From positions 5,801,458-5,865,457 of the forward strand of contig OZ241917.1 of the NCBI GenBank assembly GCA_965203805.1: a DNA stretch of 64,000 nt, given 5' to 3'. Below the pieces are notes generated by a model. The model had not been told where the DNA came from. It searched no databases and saw only the letters and a list, made by a program, of their open reading frames with translations. The stretch comes from Candidatus Latescibacterota bacterium. GTDB lineage: Bacteria > Latescibacterota > UBA2968 > GCA-2709665. A program made the translations under genes and the position numbers. Below, piece after piece: positions 9,851 through 18,999 of the stretch. The first letter of the stretch is position 1. Each line of letters opens with the position of its first letter.

Positions 9851-10096
9851 CTTGTCCGTCAGGGTCTTACCCAACTTTCGACTGGTTTCTTCCTCTTTGA
9901 GCAGTTCGTGCGCGAGATTGACGGCGGCTACAACTGCAATCTTGGCAACCGAACGAAGTGAAATGGTGTTCGCGACGTCACGCATTTTCTGGTCGACGTA
10001 CCGTGCCACGGCCCGGGCGTGGTCCGGGTCGCCTTCCGAGTGGATGTTGTATTCGGTGCCGAAAATCTGGACGCATATTACCGGTTGTTCAGACAT
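9812..10096 (-). CDS. zapA: Cell division protein ZapA
   Basis: VQIFGTEYNI...VARYVDQKM...IAVVAAVNLAHEL, plus synteny upstream of rny. Confidence 0.9.
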   Translation of the reverse strand: MSEQPVICVQIFGTEYNIHSEGDPDHARAVARYVDQKMRDVANTISLRSVAKIAVVAAVNLAHELLKEEETSRKLGKTLTDKTHNLASLTNRIA

Positions 10097-10163
10097 GAGA
10101 CCTCAGGACATCCGGACGCAGCGTGATGCTCTGGGGCGCGGCGTGGATGTCGGCGGCGCTGTT

Positions 10164-10817
10164 TTACGCTGTATTCACTGAATCCAGACGCGAGATCATG
10201 GTTTCGATTTTGCGTTGGATCTCCTCCTTGTTTTCAATCAGTGACGCATTGTCATCGTAAATGGACCGGAGACGTTCCCTCTCTTCCCGCAATCCGGAGA
10301 TCGCCTGGCCCTTGTTTTCCAGTCGTTCCTGAAGTTCCCGGTTCCTCTCGTTGAGTTCGGCGTTCTGCTGTCGCAACTGCCGGATAATCCCTACGGCGCG
10401 GTCGATTTCACTTATAAGGTGATCCAGCTGCTCGAACACCCGGTTTTCCGACTCCAGCCGGGCTTCTTCAACGTCGCCGGCGTCTGTCTGCCGGTCTGTA
10501 CGATCCTCCGTTTCAACGCGCGGTTCTTCAGTTTCGTCCGAATCCGCCGGCTCATCCGAACGGTCGGAGGATTCGAAGAGTTCGTCCTGCCGGTCCTGGA
10601 GATCGAGCTGCCCATGTTCGGGATTCTCGAATTCCGTCTGTACGGCTGCCTCGTGGACTGCCCCGACGGCGTCTTCGTTCCGATCCTGGGGATTGAACTG
10701 TCCGTGTTCCTGGTTGCCTGTTTCCGTCGTTCTGTACGTCTGGCCGTCGGACTCGAAAGGTCTGTCGTCCCCGGTCTCCGACGCCGGCTTTTCGTTTGCC
10801 CGATCTTGCGCTTCCAT
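10164..10817 (-). CDS. ZapB-like coiled-coil protein with a long acidic, partly duplicated N-terminal extension
   Basis: C-terminal 90 aa is a coiled coil ending in KIETMISRLD. Immediately upstream of zapA. Confidence 0.65.
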   Translation of the reverse strand: MEAQDRANEKPASETGDDRPFESDGQTYRTTETGNQEHGQFNPQDRNEDAVGAVHEAAVQTEFENPEHGQLDLQDRQDELFESSDRSDEPADSDETEEPRVETEDRTDRQTDAGDVEEARLESENRVFEQLDHLISEIDRAVGIIRQLRQQNAELNERNRELQERLENKGQAISGLREERERLRSIYDDNASLIENKEEIQRKIETMISRLDSVNTA

Positions 10818-10902
10818 GGTCTCACCCTTTCGTGGATGACTTCGTTTTCGGTCCGTCTTTGCAGTCAGAGACCAAAATTCAGCTCGTGTGTCCGTGCTCT
10901 AA

Positions 10903-11036
10903 CAGTCCGTTGAAAACGTCGCTCTGCAGGCGGGGCCGAGTCATTGTGGCGGAAGACAAGGCGCGCCTGTCTGCGTGCGGACACGCACAGGCAGGCGGCC
11001 AACGCGAATCCCCGGATGGACTCTATCTACGGGCTG
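10903..11036. mobile_element. MITE-like element (134 bp) with IS5/IS1182-like ends and a nested hairpin
   Basis: Left end CAGTCCGTTGAAAA versus right-end reverse complement CAGCCCGTAGATAG. Flanked by a CTAA direct repeat (10899-10902 and 11037-11040). Internal hairpin at 10964-10996. Confidence 0.6.
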
Positions 11037-11042
11037 CTAAGA

Positions 11043-11071
11043 AATGTAAACCCACCATGGCCTGAAGTCAA
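11043..11071 (-). promoter_or_regulatory. Sigma70-type promoter for the zapB-like/zapA/rny genes
   Basis: TTGACT-17bp-TACATT on the minus strand. Confidence 0.55.
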
Positions 11072-11152
11072 GGGCGGGATACCGTTTGCACAGGGAGCGA
11101 AAACGGAATCGGGGTGGATTCCGGCGGACGTCTCTTCGATGGTTTCCGCGAT

Positions 11153-11506
11153 CTACAGGGCTCGTTGAGCCTGTTCCGCAAGCGCCGTGAACGCCGCTGC
11201 GTCCGTGACGGCGAGGTTGGCCAGGACTTTTCTGTCAACGGCTATGTCGGCTTTTTTGAGGCCGTTGATCAGGCTGCTGTACGAGAGTCCGTTAAGCCGG
11301 GCGGCGGCATTGATTCGAACGATCCACAGAGAGCGGAAATTCCTCTTTTTCTGGCGACGGTCCCTGTATGCATAGGCAAGCGCACGATGAACGGCGTCGT
11401 CCGCGGTGCGATAGAGCTTGCTTCGTCCTCCGCGGTAGCCGCGCGCTGCCTTAAGGACCTTTTTCCGCCTGCGCCGGGATGCGACGCTGTTCGTTGTTCT
11501 GGCCAT
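11153..11506 (-). CDS. rplT: 50S ribosomal protein L20
   Basis: [37 protein letters not shown]. Confidence 0.98.
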   Translation of the reverse strand: MARTTNSVASRRRRKKVLKAARGYRGGRSKLYRTADDAVHRALAYAYRDRRQKKRNFRSLWIVRINAAARLNGLSYSSLINGLKKADIAVDRKVLANLAVTDAAAFTALAEQAQRAL

Positions 11507-11633
11507 ATCGATGGTCTCCTGGTAGCGCCTGGGGGCGCCGGGTGCGGTCTTTGCCTCCGGTCCGCCGTGGCCTCAACTCCAACTCCGCACGGACGCGGGA
11601 AGAGTACTCGCGTTTTCGTGGCGTCTCGGCCTG

Positions 11634-11828
11634 TCAGTTGGGCAGCAGGCGCTGTACCCGGTCCTGGTCCGATTTGTGCACCACCGTGGACTTGCGCAGG
11701 TGCATCTTGCGTTTGCTGCTCTTGCTCGTCAGGTTATGCGTGACCGTTGACTTTTTGCGGCCGATCGTACCGGATTTCCGGCGCTTGAACCGCTTCGCGG
11801 CTCCCCGGTGGGTTTTCATTTTGGGCAC
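11634..11828 (-). CDS. rpmI: 50S ribosomal protein L35
   Basis: [15 protein letters not shown] (GTG start), between infC and rplT. Confidence 0.97.
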   Translation of the reverse strand: MPKMKTHRGAAKRFKRRKSGTIGRKKSTVTHNLTSKSSKRKMHLRKSTVVHKSDQDRVQRLLPN

Positions 11829-11968
11829 GTTCTACTCCTTTGGTTGGATCGTTTTCGCCGCACGCGCGGCGTGCGACAGCGGGGGACCGGACCGGGCGAA
11901 CCGGAGACAACCGGGTTTTCCACGACATTGGGTTCCGATTCCTGGAGTGCCGGCGCCGCCGGCGGATG

Positions 11969-12505
11969 TTATTTCGGAGCGATAATGATGACGATGTTGC
12001 GCCCCTCGTCCTTGATAGGCACTTCGGCCGCGCCGATCTCCCGGAGGTCCTCTTCGGCGCGTTCCAGCAGTTCTCTGCCCTGCATTCGGTACATATTCTG
12101 CCGTCCGCGAAACTCCACGGAGATCCTGACTTTGTGCCGGTGTTTCAGGAAGTTTTCGGCGTGGCGTATCTTGAATTCGTAATCGTGGTCGCTGATTCGG
12201 GGGCCCAGGCGTATCTCTTTCAGTTGCGACCCGCTCTTCTTGCCTTTCTTCTGCTTCTTGCTCTGCTCATATCGGTACTTGCCGTAATTCATGATCCGGC
12301 AGACCGGCGGGCGGGCGTTGGGAGCGACTTCGACCAGGTCGAGTTCGGCTTCCATTGCCATTTCCATCGCCTTCCGGGTTTCAACAATGCCGACCTGTTC
12401 GCCGTCTTTGTCGACCAGTCGGACCTGAGGTATGCGAATCTGCTCGTTGACGCGGGGCGCCCTTTCCTGCTTTCGATCTCTGAAAACTCTTCGACCTCTG
12501 TTGAT
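11969..12505 (-). CDS. infC: Translation initiation factor IF-3, probable non-canonical ATC start
   Basis: NEQIRIPQVRLV, LDLVEVAPNARPPVCRIMNYGKY. The SD GGAGGTGA is followed 5 nt later by an in-frame ATC at 12505. Confidence 0.95.
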   Translation of the reverse strand: MNRGRRVFRDRKQERAPRVNEQIRIPQVRLVDKDGEQVGIVETRKAMEMAMEAELDLVEVAPNARPPVCRIMNYGKYRYEQSKKQKKGKKSGSQLKEIRLGPRISDHDYEFKIRHAENFLKHRHKVRISVEFRGRQNMYRMQGRELLERAEEDLREIGAAEVPIKDEGRNIVIIIAPK

Positions 12506-12564
12506 ACCGATCACCTCCGAAATTGATCCATGCCGTTTTGGGGCCTGATTGGAAAAATAGGGAC

Positions 12565-14502
12565 TCAGCCGACGCTTTTCGTCTCGACTTCCTGCTGCAT
12601 CCTGGCAATCAGATCGAGCGTGGACATGCTTCCGAGGTCGCCGGCGCCATGTCTGCGAACCGAGATGGTCTGCGCGGCGACCTCCTGTTTTCCCACAATA
12701 ATCATATATGGAATTTTCTGGATCTCGGCCTCGCGGATCTTGAATCCGAGCTTTGCATCCTGCGGGTCCACTTCGGCGCGGAGCCCCGCGCTGTTGAGGC
12801 GGCGGGCGACCTCGCCGGCGTATTCGGCATAGGGATCGGATACCGGAAGTACGGCGGCCTGCACGGGCGCCAGCCAGAGTGGAAAGTTCCCCGCGTAGTG
12901 TTCGATCAGCAGGCCGAAGAACCGTTCCATTGCGCCCAGAAGGGCGCGATGGACCATATACGGGCGGTGGAATTTTCCATCGGGTCCTACGTAGCTGAGG
13001 TCGAAGCGTTCCGGAAGGTTAAAATCGAACTGAATGGTGGTGCATTGCCACTCCCTGTTCAGGGCATCGTTGATGGTCACGTCGATCTTGGGACCGTAGA
13101 ACGCACCGGCGCCTTCGTCGATCCGATAGGGCAACTGCTGGGAGTCGACGGCCCGCTTGAGCGCGTCGGTGGCTCGTTCCCAGTCGGCGGGATCTCCAAC
13201 CGCTTTATCGGGCCGCGTCGAGATATATACGTTGAAGTCCTCAAAGCCGAATGACTTGAGGATGAACATCGTGAAGTCGATAACCCGTGCGACTTCCTCT
13301 TCGACCTGGTCGGGGCGGCAGAAGATATGGGCGTCGTCCTGGGTGAATCCGCGGACACGCAGCAGGCCGTGAAGCGTACCGGCCATTTCATAGCGGTAGA
13401 CGGTGCCAAGCTCCGCCCATCGAAAGGGAAGCTCCCGATAGCTGCGCCGCCGCGATTTGTAGATGAGGCTGTGGAAGGGGCAATTCATCGGCTTGGCGAA
13501 ATAGCCCTGGCCGTCGATATCCATCGGGGGGTACATGTTCTCGTGAAAGAAATCCAGGTGTCCGCTGGTTTCCCAGAGGCGGGAGCGGCCGATGTGGGGC
13601 GAACCGACCAGTTCGTACCCGCCGCTGTAGTGCGCTTCGCGCCAGAAATCTTCGATCTGGTGCCTGATTCGCGCGCCCTTTGGATGCCAGAGAACCAGGC
13701 CGGGTCCGGCGGTATCGTTTATCGAGAAAAGATCGAGGTTCCCGCCGATGGTACGGTGGTCGCGGTTCCTGGCTTCTTCCAGGTATTCCAGATAGGCGTT
13801 GAGGTCTTTCTTGCCCGGAAACGAGATGCCGTAGATGCGCTGGAGCATGACGTTGTTCTCGTCTCCCCGCCAGTATGCGCCCGAGGAACTCAGCAGTTTG
13901 ACCGACTTGATACGGCCGGTGTCGGGGACATGCGGCCCGCGGCAGAGGTCCAGCCACCTGTCTGCATTCCTATAGATGCTGATCGTTTCGCCGGGTTCAA
14001 TTTCCTCCAGGATTTCCAGTTTGTAGGTTTCGCCGCGCGCTCTGAAGAGTTCGATCGCGGCCTCCCGGGTGATTTCCTGGCGCTCGAAGGGTTGGGCTTC
14101 CGCAATGAGTTCACGCATGCGGACTTCGATCCGGTGCAATTCGTCCGGCGTGAAAGGCTTTTCCCGGTCGAAGTCGTAATAAAAGCCGTTTTCAATGGGC
14201 GGGCCCAGCGTGACTTTCACGTCCGGAAACAGGTCCTGTACCGCCTGCGCCATTATATGAGCCGTACTGTGCCAGTACACTTCCTTGCCGGCGTCGCTGG
14301 AGAAGGTGAGGATCTCCAGGTCGGCGTTGCCGTCCAGTGACGATTTGAGGTCCACGGCCCGTCCGTTGACCTTGCCGGCCAGCGCCGCGCGCGCAAGTCC
14401 CGATCCGATGGACTCCGCCACCTGCAGGATGGTGACGCCGGCGCGAAAGTCTTTCCGCGACCCATCGGGCAGTGTGACCGTGATTTTCTGGTTTTCAGAC
14501 AT
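12565..14502 (-). CDS. thrS: Threonyl-tRNA synthetase
   Basis: TGS domain, HSTAHIMA, DLCRGPHV, KPMNCPFH, RVRGFTQDDAHIF, GAFYGPKID. Confidence 0.98.
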   Translation of the reverse strand: MSENQKITVTLPDGSRKDFRAGVTILQVAESIGSGLARAALAGKVNGRAVDLKSSLDGNADLEILTFSSDAGKEVYWHSTAHIMAQAVQDLFPDVKVTLGPPIENGFYYDFDREKPFTPDELHRIEVRMRELIAEAQPFERQEITREAAIELFRARGETYKLEILEEIEPGETISIYRNADRWLDLCRGPHVPDTGRIKSVKLLSSSGAYWRGDENNVMLQRIYGISFPGKKDLNAYLEYLEEARNRDHRTIGGNLDLFSINDTAGPGLVLWHPKGARIRHQIEDFWREAHYSGGYELVGSPHIGRSRLWETSGHLDFFHENMYPPMDIDGQGYFAKPMNCPFHSLIYKSRRRSYRELPFRWAELGTVYRYEMAGTLHGLLRVRGFTQDDAHIFCRPDQVEEEVARVIDFTMFILKSFGFEDFNVYISTRPDKAVGDPADWERATDALKRAVDSQQLPYRIDEGAGAFYGPKIDVTINDALNREWQCTTIQFDFNLPERFDLSYVGPDGKFHRPYMVHRALLGAMERFFGLLIEHYAGNFPLWLAPVQAAVLPVSDPYAEYAGEVARRLNSAGLRAEVDPQDAKLGFKIREAEIQKIPYMIIVGKQEVAAQTISVRRHGAGDLGSMSTLDLIARMQQEVETKSVG

Positions 14503-14658
14503 GGTTTCCAACGAATTACCGGCCCTTGGTCCGGTATCTGAAGAAGCTCGAATCGAGACCAGTCGACACCGGCCGGATCAGAGCGGCCTGAATCTGTGCG
14601 AAACCACTATGGAAACGCTCCTCGACGTTCGAAGAACCGGTTGTATTGCATCCCGTAT

Positions 14659-14692
14659 AAAAAAAACGCGCGACTTTCCTGCTTGCGCGTCG
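14659..14692 (-). terminator. Intrinsic terminator within the thrS leader
   Basis: Minus strand GACGCGC-AAGCAGGAAAGTC-GCGCGT followed by a T-run. Confidence 0.55.
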
Positions 14693-14782
14693 AACTCAGT
14701 AAAGCACCTTGTGAAAACCGGCCCTTTCCGTTGATACTCCTCCGCAAGAAGGTTCGCAGGTACGCAATTATAATATCAGCCA

Positions 14783-14811
14783 AATTTATATTATCGGGGG
14801 CGGGATGTCAA
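14783..14811 (-). promoter_or_regulatory. Sigma70-type promoter upstream of the thrS leader
   Basis: TTGACA-17bp-TAAATT. Confidence 0.65.
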
Positions 14812-14922
14812 GCGAAAACTCCCGAAATCATCGCATCGAAAAAGGTGCATGCGGTACGTGAACGCGCCCCCTTGCGCACGACGTTCAAGATTACCGGCGC
14901 GGTCCGCATCCGGGACAGGACG

Positions 14923-15555
14923 TCAGGGCAGATGGAGCATCTTGTGGATCCTGCACGAGAGTCGCCACGACGGGTGACGGGTCAGGATATCCAGGGCTTT
15001 GCGTATGTACTCGGGTTTGCTCGACTCGGGCTGAAGGTAGACGAACTCTGCGCGCGCTTCCTCCACGATGTCTTCATGGAAAGATCTGCCGACCACATAT
15101 TTCAGTTCGGTGATATAGCTGAGGCCGCCGGCAATGGTCTTTTTCTTGGGGGAGACGGTCCAGTGCTCGATCAGATCGTAGAGTTCCGGATCCGGATCGA
15201 CCGCGCCGTTGGTCTCGATGTGGATGCGGTAGTTGGCGGCCCGGAGTTGCCGGCAGAGCGGGACGACGTTCTGGCCGAGGGGCTCTCCGCCGGTCAGGCA
15301 GACCCAGGAGGCGGTGTGGCGGCGGACCTCGGCCAGGACCTCCCCAATACCGAGCTCGGAATATGAATCGAATTCGGTGTCGCAGAAGAAGCAGCGCAGA
15401 TTGCATCGGGCGAGGCGGACGAAAGTCGTGGGCTGGCCGACGCGCAGCCCCTCACCTTCTATAGAGTAGAAGACCTCGTTTATCTGCAGCGTCCGTCCGT
15501 CTTCGCGCCAGAGCGGCATCCGATCGTCCGGCGCGGAAGGAATGCCTTCCAGCAT
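14923..15555 (-). CDS. queE: 7-carboxy-7-deazaguanine synthase QueE (radical SAM)
   Basis: INEVFYSIEGEG, FVRLARCNLRCFFCDT, CLTGGEP, IETNG, VSPK. Start uncertain. Confidence 0.88.
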   Translation of the reverse strand: MLEGIPSAPDDRMPLWREDGRTLQINEVFYSIEGEGLRVGQPTTFVRLARCNLRCFFCDTEFDSYSELGIGEVLAEVRRHTASWVCLTGGEPLGQNVVPLCRQLRAANYRIHIETNGAVDPDPELYDLIEHWTVSPKKKTIAGGLSYITELKYVVGRSFHEDIVEEARAEFVYLQPESSKPEYIRKALDILTRHPSWRLSCRIHKMLHLP

Positions 15556-15827
15556 GTGGGGGTCTCTGGGGGACAAGTCGGGCTCCGGTCGGGCGGGTGT
15601 GACGGGATTCCGGCGAACGCAGATGAAGTAATGGAAAACAGGGACATGAGACAAGGAAAATCCTTGACATCGTCCACCGCCCCATCAATATTGTCGACCG
15701 CTCGGGGCATCCATCGTGGCACGCTCCGATTTTTGTTGCGAGTTCGGCAGGCGTCCGCGTTGCCGCGGGCGGGTCGATGAAATCTTCCGGCAGGCTGCGG
15801 CCCACGGCTTTACTGGATGGTCAGTGT

Positions 15828-16508
15828 GTGGCAGACAGGACGTACGATGCCATCATATTCGACGTGGACGGCGTAATCGTCGATTCCGAGGCGGTATACT
15901 GCGACACGTTCAATACCACGCTGGGCGATTTCGGAGCCGGGATCAGCCGGAGCGACTATGCGGTCTGTGTGGGCCACCCCGTGGAAGAAAACAGCGCGTA
16001 CGCCGTGGAACGATACGGGTTGGACGTCGCGCCTGCCGTGTTCCGGGACCTCTGGATGGGTCGATTCGAGGAAGCGATTTCAAGCCCGGACCGGGTGCTG
16101 CTGATGCCGGGATTCCAGGAACTTCTGGCGCACGTCCGGGCCGTAGGCTACCCGCTCGGGGTGGCATCTTCCACGCAGCGTGAGCGGATGATGAAAACGC
16201 TGCTCAGCGGTCTGCTGTCCAGATTGGGTGGCGTCCTCGACCCGGCCGAGGTGTTCGACGTTGTGCTGTCCGGGACCGACGTGGGTCGGCTGAAACCGGC
16301 GCCGGACATCTATCTGAAGGCGGCCCGGAAACTGAACGTCGAACCGGCGCGGTGTGCAGTTGTCGAAGACAGCGAGGCGGGGGTCCGGGCTGGCAAAGCC
16401 GCCGGAATGACCGTTTTCGCGGTGCCGAATTTCTTCACCGCCCGTCAGCGCCACGAAGACGCCGATTTCGTTCTGGGCGGACTGACCGATCTGTTGGGGT
16501 ATCTTTGA
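15828..16508 (+). CDS. HAD-superfamily phosphatase (beta-PGM/CbbY-like)
   Basis: FDVDGVIVDSE, VASS, KPAPDIY and VEDSEAG motifs. Start uncertain (ORF begins at 15777). Confidence 0.88.
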   Translation: MADRTYDAIIFDVDGVIVDSEAVYCDTFNTTLGDFGAGISRSDYAVCVGHPVEENSAYAVERYGLDVAPAVFRDLWMGRFEEAISSPDRVLLMPGFQELLAHVRAVGYPLGVASSTQRERMMKTLLSGLLSRLGGVLDPAEVFDVVLSGTDVGRLKPAPDIYLKAARKLNVEPARCAVVEDSEAGVRAGKAAGMTVFAVPNFFTARQRHEDADFVLGGLTDLLGYL

Positions 16509-16555
16509 ATCCGGAAACGAACCTGCGGGGCGTACGGCTGTTTCCGGTCCGGACG

Positions 16556-17278
16556 TCAGGCGTGGGTCTCTGCGTCGTCTTCGGGGGCGTAGCCGAGTTC
16601 CTCGCGGGCGTTTCGGAGGTCCCAGTACGCGCGGGTATTGTTCGATATGCCATAGTAAATGCCGAAGTGAACGTCGGCTTCGATGCTGCACCGCACGAGT
16701 TGGACGGTGTCGCGGTGGCTGAGCCAGGACGCGAGGATCCGGTCGCTCGTTCGGTCGATCACCGAACCGACGGGTTGAAAGGATCCGATGCGCAGACAGA
16801 TCACCGAGAGTCCGAAGGCGTCCGCGTAGTACCGGCCGAGATCTTCACCGAAGGCCTTGCTCGCGCCGTAGAAACTGTCGGGCCGCGCGTTCACCTCGGT
16901 CGTGGTGCCGATGCCGTTCTTTTCGTAGAACCCGGTAACGTGGTTGCTGCTGGCGAACACGACGCGGCCGACGCCGGTCCGGCGGGCCGCCTCGTACACC
17001 GTGTAGGCGCCGCGGATGTTGGCCTCGAGGATGTCTTCGAAGGAAGCGTTTCCGTTCGGATTTCCGGCCATGTGGACAACGGCGTCCACGCCGTCCACCG
17101 CCCGGACCACCTTGTCCACGTCCGTAATGCCTGAGATATGCACCTCTTCGCCGGGTCGGGCCGGAATGACCGTGTTGTGATACAGCAGGCTGAGGCGGTA
17201 GTCGTCCTTCAATCCCTCTCGCAGAACGCGTCCGATTCGGCCGGCCGCGCCTGTGATGAGGATTTTCTTTTTTTTCAC
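16556..17278 (-). CDS. NAD-dependent epimerase/dehydrogenase (uronate dehydrogenase-like)
   Basis: ITGAAGRIG, ASSNHVTG, RPDSFYGASK, CLRIGS, WLSHRD. Confidence 0.85.
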   Translation of the reverse strand: MKKKKILITGAAGRIGRVLREGLKDDYRLSLLYHNTVIPARPGEEVHISGITDVDKVVRAVDGVDAVVHMAGNPNGNASFEDILEANIRGAYTVYEAARRTGVGRVVFASSNHVTGFYEKNGIGTTTEVNARPDSFYGASKAFGEDLGRYYADAFGLSVICLRIGSFQPVGSVIDRTSDRILASWLSHRDTVQLVRCSIEADVHFGIYYGISNNTRAYWDLRNAREELGYAPEDDAETHA

Positions 17279-17321
17279 GAGAGGCCCTTTGTGGGGGACG
17301 TGGACAGTGTTCCTTTCTCGT

Positions 17322-18158
17322 TTACAGGGGCTTCACGCCGGCCCATTCGGGAAGGAGCCTGGCCGCATTGTTCCAGAGGATGTCTCTCTTCGTCGCTTCT
17401 GAAAGATCGGCGCCGAGGGTCTTTCCCAGGCACTGCCCGAACAGGCGGACCGGCAGGTCGGACGCGAAAACGACGCGCCGGCCTCCCAGGGCATCCACCG
17501 CGGTTTCGACGATGCCGGCTTCGGGGTCGCCGCCGCCGGTGTCCACCACCAGGTTCGGGCAGTCCACGACGTGCTCAATGCCCCTGAGCCCGCATCCGTT
17601 GAGGTGGGCCATGATGATTTTTGCTGCGGGGTGTTTACGCGCGAGATCGGCCACGTCCTGCGGAAAGGATTCGCCGGGCAGGTTGCCGGTGGTCTTGTCC
17701 CACGCGTGCTGCAGCACCGGGACGCCGAGTTCGGCGGCGCGTCGCATAACAGGGTCCAGGCCGGCGTCGGTAGCCCGGCGGGCCACCCAGAGCTTGACCC
17801 CGCACATGCGTTCTTCCAGGATGCAGCGGTCGATCTCGCGGACGGACTCCTCGGGAAAGGCGGGATTGACGTAGCAGAATGGCAGGAAAGCCTCCGGCGC
17901 CAGATCGCGCATCCGCAGGTTGTAGTCGTTGCCGTCCCTGCAGTGTTGCATGGCAGGTTCGTACAGGGGGCGGCCGGCGCCGGATGCGGGATGCAGCAGA
18001 AAGATGCACATCTTCACGATCCCGGCCCGCCCGGCGGCGTCCAGGATCTTCGCGGCGTCGGCCTGGACGGAGGGCGCGCGCGGGCCGAGCGGGTGGACGT
18101 GCACGTCAAGCACGGCGCAGGGCGGTTTCAGTGCGTCTCTCAACGTTGTGAGGTCCAC
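17322..18158 (-). CDS. Amidohydrolase_2 family protein (paralog A)
   Basis: DVHVH, GVKLW, VLQH, IIMAH, VVFASD. Confidence 0.85.
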   Translation of the reverse strand: MDLTTLRDALKPPCAVLDVHVHPLGPRAPSVQADAAKILDAAGRAGIVKMCIFLLHPASGAGRPLYEPAMQHCRDGNDYNLRMRDLAPEAFLPFCYVNPAFPEESVREIDRCILEERMCGVKLWVARRATDAGLDPVMRRAAELGVPVLQHAWDKTTGNLPGESFPQDVADLARKHPAAKIIMAHLNGCGLRGIEHVVDCPNLVVDTGGGDPEAGIVETAVDALGGRRVVFASDLPVRLFGQCLGKTLGADLSEATKRDILWNNAARLLPEWAGVKPL

Positions 18159-18170
18159 CCGGAACTCCTG

Positions 18171-18923
18171 TTACCAATCGATGATTCGCCCGGCGTTCCC
18201 GCCGAGGATGGCCGATGCGTCGTCGTCGGAAAGGTCGGTGGCCACGCGCGAGAGGGCCGAGTAAGGGATGAAGAGCGGCGCGTGAGAGCCGAACAGCAAT
18301 CGGTCCCGCAGGCCGTCTTCGACCAGCACCTTTATCGCATCCATGCCGTCCGCCTGGGAGACGTCGGCGTACAGGTTAGGCAGGTCGGGGAATCTGTCCT
18401 TGAGCGCTCTGATTTCTCCCGTACGGGGGCCGCCGATGATCATGAGAAGATCGGCATGCCGTTCCGCGGCGTCCGCGACCGCCGCGGCGGGGACGTCGGA
18501 AACCTGCGCGAGCGGATGCTGACGGCGGGGATCCTCGAGCCGGGTCTGGACGATGACCCCGAGCCCGGCGCCGGCGAGGGCGGCGAACAGGTCGGACGCG
18601 GAGTTCAGATCGTACCCGGAATAGGCCGGCTGGAGTTTGACCAGCCGGACCCGCGGCTGCGCTTTCGCCCGCTCGAGTTCGCCGCGCCATGTGGCGATCG
18701 TCGGGTCCAGGACGGGTACGGGCCAGACGTCGTCGGTTCCGCCCGATGCGACGTAGAGGTCGTCGTTGAACCGATGGGGGTTGCGGCACCAGGCGGCGTC
18801 GAGCGGCGAGACGCAGATGCGGTCCACCCCATATTCTCTCAGCGATGCGCGCACCCGGCCCAGGGCGCCCGCGACGGGATGGGTCGGCCAGTGTCCGGTG
18901 TAGGCGTTGACGTCGATAATCAT
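18171..18923 (-). CDS. Amidohydrolase-fold protein with degenerate metal ligands
   Basis: MIIDVNAYTGHWP (no HxH), LYADVS, LLFGSHAP. Confidence 0.8.
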   Translation of the reverse strand: MIIDVNAYTGHWPTHPVAGALGRVRASLREYGVDRICVSPLDAAWCRNPHRFNDDLYVASGGTDDVWPVPVLDPTIATWRGELERAKAQPRVRLVKLQPAYSGYDLNSASDLFAALAGAGLGVIVQTRLEDPRRQHPLAQVSDVPAAAVADAAERHADLLMIIGGPRTGEIRALKDRFPDLPNLYADVSQADGMDAIKVLVEDGLRDRLLFGSHAPLFIPYSALSRVATDLSDDDASAILGGNAGRIIDW

Positions 18924-18999
18924 GGCGTTCTCCGCTGCGTGGATTTTGTTTCTGACAGGGCCGGACGGACCCGCGCTGCTCCGGTTCCGCGACAACCGG

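Noticed and set aside
111-9900. Long plus-strand ORFs (111-1403, 1566-3476, 2618-4396, 6007-7299, 8365-9900)
   Set aside because: Antisense shadows of well-supported minus-strand genes, expected at high GC, with no recognisable motifs.
14503-14780. T-box or lysine riboswitch upstream of thrS
   Set aside because: GAGTA and GGAAAGGG fragments are present, but the T-box GGTGGNACC and the lysine-riboswitch core are absent and the segment is too short.
15556-15720. preQ1 riboswitch upstream of queE
   Set aside because: No preQ1-like stem with an A-rich tail was seen.
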